The notes below the pieces were generated by a model. That model was not told the origin of the DNA. It saw only the letters and a program-made list of their open reading frames with translations, and did not search any database. DNA of 64,000 nt from NCBI GenBank assembly GCA_963705165.1, contig CAVPJD010000008.1, forward strand, positions 1 through 64,000, written 5' to 3'. A program made the position numbers and the translations under genes. Positions 10,121-20,051 of this stretch are shown here, in pieces. The stretch comes from an uncultured delta proteobacterium (GTDB taxonomy: Bacteria; Desulfobacterota; Syntrophia; Syntrophales; UBA2192). How positions within the stretch are numbered: the first letter of the stretch is position 1; each line of letters begins with the position of its first letter.

Positions 10121-10152
10121 GGAATGCCCGGTCTTTCGAGACCGGGCATTCC
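10121..10152. terminator. Hairpin terminator downstream of glnA
   Basis: ggaatgcccggtct-ttcg-agaccgggcattcc. Confidence 0.7.
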
Positions 10153-10223
10153 CTGCGGATACCGGGCTTCTTTACTTTTTTTTCCCCCGGCCCGGTCGAA
10201 ATCCGGCTTCCCGCCGGATTCCG

Positions 10224-11357
10224 TCAGGCCCCGTCCTGGACGTATTTGAAACCGAGTTTCATGGAGAGCTCCGCTCGGTCCAGCTCTTTTCCGAGATAGG
10301 CGGCGTGGGAGAGCTGAGTGACCCAGCCGTTTGCGACAATGCTCCGATAGAGGCTCACGGCGTCCTTCCCCTCGATGATCCGGAGGAGCCGGTTGTCGTT
10401 GGAGTAATGCTCAACCGATATGATCCCCTTTTCCTTCAGGGGCAGGATGACGAAGTAGCCCCCCTTGTCCAGTTCCGTCTTTTTGACTTTCTCCGCCCGG
10501 ATCACCTCGACGGCGGAGATTTTCACGGGCTTTACCACCCGGGCGAACTCCTTGCCGCCGCACGAAAGATGTCCGCTCCTGGAGAGTGCGCCGATCCGGG
10601 TCACAACTTCCTCTGCATCCTCGCAACCGATCATGTCCACAAGGGTGACCTGGCTGCGAAAGGCCTCAACCTCCTCGGGGGTGACGTTCTTCAGGACCGG
10701 CCGCCGCCCGGGCGACCCGATCACCCGCAAGGCCCTGTCGACGCCGTTTTCGCAGAGGGAAAGGAGGGTGGCGCCGCTCCGGTGGCCTTCGGGGTCCTTG
10801 CCGGCCACGATGAGATAATGGATGGAGGGGTTCGTGATGGTGTTCTGGATCACTTTTTCAATGCCGATGTTTTCCGTTTCCGTCTTGCCGACCATGCAAA
10901 GGTCCCCGGGGGCCAGGCGGGCCAGATCCTCGGCCAGGGTGATATTGGCGAGGGTCGACACGGCCACATGAGAGGTCTTGTGTTCGAACAGGACAAAGTA
11001 CTCTCCCGGAACGGGGGGCCAGGACTGCGGGGCCGCTGCCCCCGTGTCGCAGGTCCCGTGGGCAGAGCCTTCTAGCTCCGGGAACGCTTCGTAAAACAGG
11101 TTCATTGCCACCGCCGGGTAGCAGTGCTTGCAGCCCAGTCAGGTGTACAGGCTCTCCTGCGTTTTCCCGAGCCAGATGTCCACCTTTTCCCTGAGATCAC
11201 GGGCATCCTGATCCCCGCCTGCTGCCAGGCTGTCGCGAATCTCCTCGAGCGCCCCTTTCATGCAGCCGCACTTCCGGCATTTCGACAAGGCGATTCCCTT
11301 CTCGAGCTCCGATTGCACGTTCTCCGGATTTTGTTTCTCAGGCATATCACGATCCAT
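10224..11357 (-). CDS. Putative selenoprotein: Cys/Sec-rich N-domain + MtrA-like corrinoid domain + DUF4346 (TGA at 11139-11141 read as Sec)
   Basis: ORFs 11139-11357 and 10224-11111 are in one frame separated by a single TGA: CRKCGC...LYT-U-LGCKHCYP; MtrA motifs WPPVPGEY, GKTETENIGIEKVIQN..TNPSI, EGHRSGATL; C-term HAAYLGKEL..AE..YVQD. Start may be 11345. Confidence 0.8.
11106..11138 (-). promoter_or_regulatory. Candidate bacterial SECIS hairpin
   Basis: After UGA: 15-nt spacer then UGCUACC-CGGC-GGUGGCA stem-loop; loop starts 22 nt after UGA and has G at position 2. Confidence 0.55.
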
Positions 11358-11449
11358 CCGTTGCGACGATGCTCTTGATCGGCGATTTGCCGCTCCCGGG
11401 CAGAGCCGTTCGCGAAAACCGATACGATTTCACCCGGGGAATCCCCCTC

Positions 11450-12136
11450 CTAATCGGCACCGCAACTCCCGCAGGAGCAGGTTTCGCCCCGGGCCTTTTC
11501 AAAGGCTTCCCGACCTTCTCGAAATGAAAGGGCGGCAATCACGATGGCCCCCGCGGCATCGATGCCCCCGATCCCCGTCAGTTCGTATCCGGCGCTCGCA
11601 AACAGCAGAACCCACGACAGCCACAGGCAGACGCGGCTGCAGTTTGCATCGGCCAGAATGGCCTCCGAATGGAGCTGGCGTCCCACTTTCATCTTGTAGC
11701 GGATCAGAATCCACATGACCGATATGGAGATCAACGCGATGGCGATTCCCCAGAAGGTCGTCTCCGGTCTTTGGCCATAATACAGATTCAGCAGGCCGGT
11801 GACAATCAGCCCGACAGACAGAATGTAGAACGCGGAGCCGGTAATGCGCAGGGCCGTCCTCTCGAATCGGTCCGGATCGCTGTCGGGATTTCGCTGCAGA
11901 CGATGGATCATGTGCCACACACCGATGCCGGAGACAACCTCTACGAAAGAATCCAGCCCAAATCCAAAGAGGCTGAGGGCATCGTCGTTCACACCGAAAT
12001 AAACGGAAACGACGCCTTCCAGAACATTATAGAGAATCGTCACGACGGCCAGGAATGAGGCCAGTCTGTACAGTTTTGAGATATTGGCCTGCCCTGCAGT
12101 CGCATCTTGCAGAACCTGCCCTTCCTGACACGTCAT
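11450..12136 (-). CDS. Cation-efflux (CDF-type transmembrane domain only) transporter with Cys-rich tail
   Basis: YNVLEG, FGLDSFVE, AILADA motifs; ends ETCSCGSCGAD. Confidence 0.82.
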   Translation of the reverse strand: MTCQEGQVLQDATAGQANISKLYRLASFLAVVTILYNVLEGVVSVYFGVNDDALSLFGFGLDSFVEVVSGIGVWHMIHRLQRNPDSDPDRFERTALRITGSAFYILSVGLIVTGLLNLYYGQRPETTFWGIAIALISISVMWILIRYKMKVGRQLHSEAILADANCSRVCLWLSWVLLFASAGYELTGIGGIDAAGAIVIAALSFREGREAFEKARGETCSCGSCGAD

Positions 12137-12194
12137 GTCCTTTCCTTACCAGGGAACCTTTCGGTTTTTTTCAGGGTCGTCATTTGTATATATT

Positions 12195-12210
12195 ATAACC
12201 ATATGGATAT
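12195..12210. promoter_or_regulatory. Near-perfect palindrome overlapping a - strand TATAAT; possible repressor operator
   Basis: ATAACCATATGGATAT; TATAAT on - strand at 12192-12197. Confidence 0.4.
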
Positions 12211-12261
12211 CGATTGTGGAACTATTTACTCACACATGCCGATCAGGATGTCGCACGGGGG

Positions 12262-12289
12262 TAAAGAAAATGAGGGAACCAGCCGATAA
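12262..12289 (+). promoter_or_regulatory. Sigma-28 (FliA)-type promoter
   Basis: TAAA-N16-GCCGATAA. Confidence 0.55.
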
Positions 12290-12333
12290 GACGCAAAGGA
12301 ACTGGCACTTTTTCTTGAGCCTGGGAGGAACCC

Positions 12334-12816
12334 ATGACATCACCCGCACTGGATCGCACCCTGGAGGCCATGGAACTGATGGCCCGGGCCGAGTCGGCCG
12401 TCGAGCGCCTCTACGAAGCCTGCGCCGGTCTCTGGAAGGAAGACGTGGAATTCTGGCAGGGGCTTGCCGCGGAAGAGAAGCACCACTCGGAGCACATCCG
12501 TTCGATGATTTCGATCCTCACCGGCAATCCCGGAAACTTCCAGCCCGGTCGGCCCTTCAGTTCGATGGCCTTGCAGACCTTCATTTCCGGTGTCGAACGC
12601 GACATCGAGAGCGTGAAGCAGTTCACCGTGCCGGAAATGAAAGCCCTGCACATCGCCCGGGACATCGAACAGGCCCTTATCGAATGCCGCTTCACCGAGG
12701 TCGTCCAGACAGACGATAAGCACTTCCGGGCCCTGGCCGATGAAGTCACGCGGGACACAGCCATCCACCGCCGCCTGGTGGAGAAGAAGATAATGCAACT
12801 GCAGGCGAAAGGCTAA
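12334..12816 (+). CDS. Ferritin-like (rubrerythrin-type) four-helix protein
   Basis: AE..V..LY, LAAEEKHH, IE..L, D..IH; GGAGG RBS. Confidence 0.75.
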   Translation: MTSPALDRTLEAMELMARAESAVERLYEACAGLWKEDVEFWQGLAAEEKHHSEHIRSMISILTGNPGNFQPGRPFSSMALQTFISGVERDIESVKQFTVPEMKALHIARDIEQALIECRFTEVVQTDDKHFRALADEVTRDTAIHRRLVEKKIMQLQAKG

Positions 12817-12851
12817 GGGCTAAGGGCAAAAGGCAAGAAATCGAATAAAAG

Positions 12852-12884
12852 AGGCCGGAAGGGAATCCCCTCCGGCCTTCTTTT
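12852..12884. terminator. Hairpin terminator between convergent genes
   Basis: aggccggaaggg-aat-cccctccggcct followed by T-rich tract. Confidence 0.65.
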
Positions 12885-13000
12885 CTCTTAATGTTTCTGT
12901 TTTTTGCGGCTCGCGGCTCCTTATTCCTCCCGAATCCCTTTCACACGCTACACGCTACCCGCCACACGCTTCTTCTACCTCTACCCTGTCCCCTTTCTTA

Positions 13001-13639
13001 TCATCCCCCCGTCACGACAATGATGCTGAAGACGGATTTCCAGGTAAGGGGTTTCACGATGGTATTCTTGCCAAGCCTGGACGCAAGTGTCTTCGCCTCC
13101 TTTTTGTACTTCTCGGTGAAGTAGATCGTGTTGGCCGGGTAATCGGCGTTTTCGGCCATCGCCACGCTCTCCACCTTGTAACCCATGGCCGTCAGGCGCT
13201 TGGCCATCCGTTTGGCAGAGTCGATTTTACCCTCACCGGATAGCACCTTCATGCGGATGGACTTGAGACCGGCCGACTTGCCCGCTGCCGGGCTTTCCTT
13301 GATGTCCGCCTCCCTGGATTTCGCCTGCTGGGCCTTCATCCGCTCCACCTCATTGACCATCGCGGCCTGCTTTGCGTCCTGCCGGGCGATCTCTTCGGAC
13401 TTTTTCTGCAACAGATCGTCCTTTGCGGCAAGCTGTTTGTTCAGAGCGCCGCTCTCGGCCTGCAGCTTCTCGTTTCGGGCGGTGAGTTCCTTGTTCTTCT
13501 GCTCGAGATCGGAGACGGTTTTGGCGAGCGTGTTCGCTTCCTCCTCCTTCTGGACGTAAGCACTCTTTGTAACCATACAGCCCGAGAGGACCATTACGAA
13601 CACCACCAACGCTGCAAGGCACAAGGATCGACAATGCAT
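13001..13639 (-). CDS. Lipoprotein with coiled coil and LytR_C-like domain
   Basis: LSGC lipobox, long coiled coil, KVLSG.G....A...A..L...GY, TIYF, IIVVTG. Confidence 0.72.
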   Translation of the reverse strand: MHCRSLCLAALVVFVMVLSGCMVTKSAYVQKEEEANTLAKTVSDLEQKNKELTARNEKLQAESGALNKQLAAKDDLLQKKSEEIARQDAKQAAMVNEVERMKAQQAKSREADIKESPAAGKSAGLKSIRMKVLSGEGKIDSAKRMAKRLTAMGYKVESVAMAENADYPANTIYFTEKYKKEAKTLASRLGKNTIVKPLTWKSVFSIIVVTGG

Positions 13640-13794
13640 GGAATCTCCCCCTTCTGCGATTGGTATCGTTTCAACCCCATATAAACGGAATCCGGCCGCC
13701 CTGTCAATGTCTTACACCTCGGCTCGTGGAAATTTCAGACAGGATGTGCTAAGGGAAGTCCTCGATGAACCTGCAAACCAGAGGTGGTAAAGAT

Positions 13795-14019
13795 ATGGCA
13801 TATATCCTGAGAACATCGGCCGGCACATTTACGATCGAGCCCGATGAAGCGGACTGGAAGATGTTCAAGCTTTGCATCGGCGGGCTCTGGCTTGCCTCGT
13901 TTCAGACGGCCGAGGAAGCGGCTTGCGCCCTGACGAAGCGCGAGACGGGCTGGTCGGACTGGGACCGAGTGCACACAGGCGAATGTCCGACATGCCTTGC
14001 CGAATGGGAGGAGTCATAA
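13795..14019 (+). CDS. Hypothetical protein, 74 aa
   Basis: GAGG RBS; YILRTSAGTFTI...LASFQTAEEAA...TGWSDWD. Confidence 0.65.
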   Translation: MAYILRTSAGTFTIEPDEADWKMFKLCIGGLWLASFQTAEEAACALTKRETGWSDWDRVHTGECPTCLAEWEES

Positions 14020-14026
14020 GAAGCAG

Positions 14027-14150
14027 ACAGTCTACAGCCTACAGTCAACAGCATCGAAAGAAACAAGAAACCGGTTTTCTGTCGGCTGCCGGCTGTGGGC
14101 TGCCGACTTTTTCTATCTCCTCTACCCTCTACCCTCTACCCTGAACCCTA
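14027..14150. repeat. Inverted heptamer arrays (ACAGYCT)n / (CTGYCGG)n plus (CTACCCT)n
   Basis: acagtctacagcctacagtcaacagc ... ctgtcggctgccggctgtgggctgccgact; ctctaccctctaccctctaccc. Confidence 0.75.
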
Positions 14151-14163
14151 GTCCCCGGGCCCC

Positions 14164-14190
14164 TCAAGTTTTTCGTGCCGCTGCCGATAA
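14164..14190 (+). promoter_or_regulatory. Sigma-28 (FliA)-type promoter
   Basis: TCAA-N15-GCCGATAA directly upstream of a flagellar rod-like gene. Confidence 0.75.
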
Positions 14191-14222
14191 GAAAGCAGAA
14201 GTGTAATACGGGGGTTCACGGC

Positions 14223-14573
14223 ATGTCGGAAGCGATCAATACGGCCCTTTCGGCCCTGAGGGCAACCTTCAGGAAGCTGGACGTCACGGCGAACAACATC
14301 GCCAACGCCAACACGCACGACTTCAAAAAGAGCAAGGCCTCTTTCGAGGAGACCTCGCCAGCCGGGGTAAAGGTCACCATCAGCCGGGTCGAGACGCCCG
14401 GCACCCCACTGCCCCCCGACGAGGTCATCGGCGAGGGCCACCAGATGTCCAACGTTTCCATGGAAGAAGAACTCGTCGACCTCATCACGACCCGGCACGC
14501 CTTCGCCGCGAATATCCAGACTATCCAGACGGAAGACGAGATGCAGGGAACGCTGCTCGACATCATCGCCTAA
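14223..14573 (+). CDS. Small orphan flagellar basal-body rod (FlgC-like) protein
   Basis: ALSAL...LDVTANNIANANT..FK; SNVSMEEELVDLI...AFAAN...IQT.DEM..TLLDI. Confidence 0.85.
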   Translation: MSEAINTALSALRATFRKLDVTANNIANANTHDFKKSKASFEETSPAGVKVTISRVETPGTPLPPDEVIGEGHQMSNVSMEEELVDLITTRHAFAANIQTIQTEDEMQGTLLDIIA

Positions 14574-14806
14574 ATCTCCTGCAGCACAATCGCGTCCGGG
14601 ACCGCCTTCGAGCCGGATCGAACAACGTCTGGAAGTTGAGAAGGAGTCACAAAGGTCGGGCATAAGAGCCGATTTGATATTTTTTCGCATTCTCCACTTC
14701 ACACGTTCTCACCCTCTCACCCTCTCAACTTCTGTTTCCCCGCGATGTCCCGCTATGGTATATTTACGCATCGTGCACCGAGAAAATGGTCGGGAGCAGC
14801 CGTCCC

Positions 14807-16447
<1,641 letters not shown>

Positions 16448-16452
16448 ATGAC

Positions 16453-16555
16453 GGCTTAAGGCTTAGGGCAAAAGGCTAATGGCAGAAAGAAGACAGCAAA
16501 TCGATTTTGTCAACTTTCTTCGCCTATAAGCCCTTAACCCTTTGCCATTACGCCT
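16453..16555. repeat. Inverted heptamer arrays (GGCTWAR)n / (CCYTWAG)n
   Basis: ggcttaaggcttagggcaaaaggctaatggc ... gcctataagcccttaaccctttgccattacgcc. Confidence 0.75.
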
Positions 16556-16572
16556 TTTCAGAGGAGGGTACG

Positions 16573-17031
16573 ATGAACTTTGCGACGTTGAAAGATGCGC
16601 TCACTTTCGCCATGGACAAGGAGAAAAAAGCCAACGAACTCTACCTCCTGTTCCGGGGAAAAGTGAAGGACGAGGGGGCAAAAACTTTACTCAAAGACCT
16701 GGCGGACCAGGAGCTGGGACACTGGAGGATGATCCAGGAAGCCCTTCTGACCGGCGCCGTCGAAGGGATCGGGGCAAAGGCAAAGGGGAGCGATCTCCAG
16801 GTCTCGGACTACATGGTGGAGATCGAGCTCACCGCCGACAGCGCTCCCCCGGACATCATGGTCTTTGCCATGCAGATGGAAAAGAAAGCCTTCGATTTCT
16901 ACAACAACCTGCTCGCGCAGTACAAGGGAACGAACCTCGAGGCCCTCTTCAGCCGGCTTGCCCGCGAGGAGATGCGACACAAGGAAATTCTGGAAAAAGA
17001 ATACGAGACGCACTTCGCGCAGTGGATGTGA
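16573..17031 (+). CDS. Rubrerythrin/ferritin-like protein
   Basis: AMDKEKKA..LY, LADQELGH, AMQMEKKA..FY, LAREEMRH; GGAGG RBS. Confidence 0.85.
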   Translation: MNFATLKDALTFAMDKEKKANELYLLFRGKVKDEGAKTLLKDLADQELGHWRMIQEALLTGAVEGIGAKAKGSDLQVSDYMVEIELTADSAPPDIMVFAMQMEKKAFDFYNNLLAQYKGTNLEALFSRLAREEMRHKEILEKEYETHFAQWM

Positions 17032-17087
17032 AAAGGACAGGCATAGGGCTAAAGGCTTAGGGCAAAGGGCAAAGAAAGAAACTTCAT

Positions 17088-17141
17088 GTAGGGCCCGATC
17101 CCTGATCGGGCTCAATGGGCCGTTCGGGGAACGGCCCCTAC
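17088..17141. repeat. GTAG-type REP-like double hairpin
   Basis: GTAGGGCCCGATC-CCT-GATCGGGC ... GGGCCGTTC-GGG-GAACGGCCC-CTAC. Confidence 0.65.
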
Positions 17142-17245
17142 TTCTTTCAGCCAACGATTTACACTGCACACTCGCAGTGTGACGGGTCATCCAGACGGTA
17201 ACGGATTCCGGATCAAACAGATTAATAACAAAAAATGGAGAACCT

Positions 17246-17473
17246 ATGAAATTCAGGAAATATGTCGAAACGCTGGTCGGTACGGTGGGCGAACTGGATG
17301 CAGACGACGTCACCTACGTGTTTGCCGTTCGTCCCGGCATGGAACCGAAAAGCCCGGCAAAACTCATCAAGGTGGACGAGGACTTTGTCATCGTCGAGGT
17401 GAAATTCCGGCGGTCGAAGGTCCACCGGGTCATCCCCCTGGCGGTCTTTTCGCTATGCATCTCCGAGGAATAA
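17246..17473 (+). CDS. Hypothetical protein, 75 aa
   Basis: GGAG RBS; beta-strand-like alternating hydrophobic pattern. Confidence 0.65.
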   Translation: MKFRKYVETLVGTVGELDADDVTYVFAVRPGMEPKSPAKLIKVDEDFVIVEVKFRRSKVHRVIPLAVFSLCISEE

Positions 17474-17550
17474 AAAAACGCGCCGGAGGCTCACCGGTTC
17501 ATCCCGGTGATCCACGGCACGTCGTGCGGAATTGATTGTGCAGACGGGCC

Positions 17551-17631
17551 CTATTCGATGATGGCGTAAAGCCAGGCACCGACGATCGAAAAGCTGACTG
17601 TTATCACGAAGAGGTACTCGTACACTGCCAT
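17551..17631 (-). CDS. Putative 26-aa single-TM small protein
   Basis: GGAGG RBS very close to ATG; MAVYEYLFVITVSFSIVGAWLYAIIE*. Confidence 0.4.
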   Translation of the reverse strand: MAVYEYLFVITVSFSIVGAWLYAIIE

Positions 17632-18099
17632 GCCTCCATGCTTTTGCAAAGGCTGACCAGGATACCGTGCCAGACGAATACCCCAGTCAGTTTATGAACC
17701 CCCAGTCAGTAGCTTCCTCTATCAATGGTAACCGTCTTGACCCCTCCCGGGGTGCTGTTCGGGTTCATCCTGAGGTGCTGAAGCTAGCGGGAGTGTCATT
17801 CTCCATTCAGCCCTATTATCGGTCGTTTTTGACTGAACCTTTAGGCGGTCTGCAAAACGAGCCTTTTGGAATCTGGAGAGTTGCTAAATTCGTGCCATCT
17901 GTCGCCTCGATCGGCCATCTTGACAGATAAGGCCAAGTGCACTATTCTTCTCCGGACCAAAGCGCGGCACGGGCGCCCGTCTCCAAGCGCAGAACGTTGA
18001 AATTCTTCATGCTTCTCCTGCGCGAGCGATGCGGTGCGGCCTGCGGGAAGCGGCCCTTTCGCGTTTCTTTTGGAAAAAACGGAAAAAGGAGAAGAACAA

Positions 18100-18492
18100 A
18101 TGGTATCCAGACTTCGCAAACCCCTCCTTGCGCTGGGCATCGCCATCTACCTGTCCTGCCTCATCGTATCACCGGCGATTGCCGGCATGGTGGGGGCCAT
18201 CACGTCCCAGGGGGCCTCGGCCGGGGTCCGTCAGGACGAGATCAGCCGGATCCAGACGGCACTTGAAACGCAAATCGTGAAGGAAAAGCTGAAAGCCTAC
18301 GGGCTTGCCCCAGGCGAGATCGAGCAAAAGCTCCAGGGCCTCTCGGATGAGCAGATCCACATGCTAGCCCAGGCCTCGGATCAGGTGCTGGCAGGTGGAG
18401 ATGCGCTGGGCGTCATCATCGCCATCCTGGTGATCGTCCTGCTGGTCGTCCTGATTTTGAAACTCTCGGACAAGACGGTTGTGGTCAAATAG
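18100..18492 (+). CDS. PA2779-family-like protein
   Basis: Signal peptide, VKEKLKAYGL...IEQKL..LSDEQI..LA, AGG followed by C-terminal TM helix. Confidence 0.75.
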   Translation: MVSRLRKPLLALGIAIYLSCLIVSPAIAGMVGAITSQGASAGVRQDEISRIQTALETQIVKEKLKAYGLAPGEIEQKLQGLSDEQIHMLAQASDQVLAGGDALGVIIAILVIVLLVVLILKLSDKTVVVK

Positions 18493-18496
18493 AGAT

Positions 18497-19033
18497 TTGA
18501 AACGAATCATCGCAACCCTGCTTATCCTGCTGGCTTCGAACGCCCTCGCTCTCGAGATCGAGGGCGTTCCTTTCATCCGGCAGGACTCGCAGTTTTGCGG
18601 ACCGGCCGCGCTGGCCTCAGTGATGACATTCCATCGGGTCCCCGAGGACCAGAAGACGATCGGCGCCGCGGTCTACAGCGAGAAACTCCAGGGGGCTCTC
18701 ATCACCGATCTCGAGCGCTATGCCCGTCAGAAGGGGTTTGAGACAAAGTCCGGCCGGGGGACCGCGGACGAGTTGAAGGCAGAGATTGACCGAAAGCGGC
18801 CTGTCATCGTCCTCGTGGATCTCGGCTTCTGGGTGGTCTCGAAGCCCCACTACCTCGTAGTCATCGGCTATGACGACGAAGGGTTCACGGCACACGATGG
18901 CTACACGCCTCAAAACCGCTATTCCTACGATCGCTTCGGGGCCATCTGGGGAAAGATGGGGAATGTCTACCTTCTCCTCTACGGGGTCGAGGGTCAAGGG
19001 GCGAGGGGCGAGGGTGGGAAAGAGAGAAAATGA
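18497..19033 (+). CDS. Secreted C39-like cysteine peptidase (PA2778-like)
   Basis: VPFIRQ..QFCGPAALA, RPVIVLV, PHYLVVIGYD, HDG. Confidence 0.85.
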   Translation: MKRIIATLLILLASNALALEIEGVPFIRQDSQFCGPAALASVMTFHRVPEDQKTIGAAVYSEKLQGALITDLERYARQKGFETKSGRGTADELKAEIDRKRPVIVLVDLGFWVVSKPHYLVVIGYDDEGFTAHDGYTPQNRYSYDRFGAIWGKMGNVYLLLYGVEGQGARGEGGKERK

Positions 19034-19485
19034 CGAAGAAAATACTGACCGTCTTTCTGATGCTGTTGCTGGCGGCTTGTGCAATGCCGAAGATCCCACA
19101 GATCATCGTCATCGACGACCCGCTCACGGCCGAGCAGCACAACGATCTCGGGGTGGCTTACGAGGAGAAAGGCGACTTCGCCCTCGCGGAGAAGGAATAC
19201 GAAAAGGCCATCAAGAGAAACAGGGAATGGGTGATCCCCTACCTGAACCTGGGGCACATCTATTACCGACAGGGCAAGCTCGACCGGGCGGAAAGGGCCC
19301 TGCGCGAAGGTCTCCGGGTCAAAGGCGACCACCCCGATCTGCTGAACAACCTCGCATGGGTCCTCATGGAGAAGGGGCAGCTCGCGGAGGCAAAGGCCCT
19401 CATCGACAAGGCCATCGCCATGGACGACAAGGAAGAATATCAAGACACCCGCGAGGAGATCCTCGAGAGGATCAAAGAGAAATAG
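19030..19485 (+). CDS. TPR-repeat lipoprotein
   Basis: LAAC lipobox; HNDLGVAYE, YLNLGHIY, LNNLAWVL TPR motifs. Confidence 0.88.
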   Translation: MTKKILTVFLMLLLAACAMPKIPQIIVIDDPLTAEQHNDLGVAYEEKGDFALAEKEYEKAIKRNREWVIPYLNLGHIYYRQGKLDRAERALREGLRVKGDHPDLLNNLAWVLMEKGQLAEAKALIDKAIAMDDKEEYQDTREEILERIKEK

Positions 19486-19512
19486 CGCCCAATCGTATTG
19501 AAGCCATCGAAC

Positions 19513-19539
19513 TCAAGCCTTTCGTGCGAAAGCCGATAA
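19513..19539 (+). promoter_or_regulatory. Sigma-28 (FliA)-type promoter
   Basis: TCAA-N15-GCCGATAA. Confidence 0.65.
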
Positions 19540-19571
19540 TTATTTGGGGAGTGCGGGAGCCTGGCAGCAAT

Positions 19572-20051
19572 ATGACTGAAGGGCAAGAAATAAGATACCG
19601 AGGCTCTTTCGCCGCATCGTCCATCGGGCTGCTGGTTCTCGCCCCCGTGGCCCTCCTGGGCCTCTATGACCTATCGGCAGGTCGGTATGTCGGCCCGGCG
19701 GCCCTGTTTCTGCTGTTTCTTTCCCTTTGCGCATTCGTGATCGTGTACACTTCCGTCGCAGAGGTTTCCCTGAGCGCGGAGGGGCTTTCCCAGAAGACGC
19801 TTTTCAGCCGCTGGCGGTTCCGCTGGAACGAGATCGAGAACTGGACCGTGCGGTCTTTGCCGAATGAAAGCGACGAGTTCCTTTTCAGGGTCCGTGCGCC
19901 CGGCCGGATTCTCCAGGTCACCGGGGCCGCCGTGAACGAAAAGGAGCTGCGAGACGTGAAAATGCGGTTTCAGAAATTTGTCGGCGACGCGACCCCGTAC
20001 GATGCATTCATGGCCCGGTTCGCGCAGGACCAACATGCCGGAGACGATTGA
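19572..20051 (+). CDS. Hypothetical membrane protein (2 TM + PH-like domain)
   Basis: Two hydrophobic helices, then EVSLSAEGL...RFRWNEI. Confidence 0.6.
   Translation: MTEGQEIRYRGSFAASSIGLLVLAPVALLGLYDLSAGRYVGPAALFLLFLSLCAFVIVYTSVAEVSLSAEGLSQKTLFSRWRFRWNEIENWTVRSLPNESDEFLFRVRAPGRILQVTGAAVNEKELRDVKMRFQKFVGDATPYDAFMARFAQDQHAGDD

Noticed and set aside
10224..11111. Evidence of methanogenesis or archaeal origin from the MtrA domain
   Set aside because: No other mtr genes; the context is diderm bacterial (Mla, lipoproteins, sigma-54)
17630..17830. Known riboswitch in the leader
   Set aside because: I could not match a c-di-GMP, SAM, TPP or cobalamin consensus by eye
18870..19571. N-terminal extension of the 393-aa ORF 18870-20051
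   Set aside because: Overlaps the C39 and TPR genes in another frame; the plausible start is ATG 19572 after the sigma-28-type promoter
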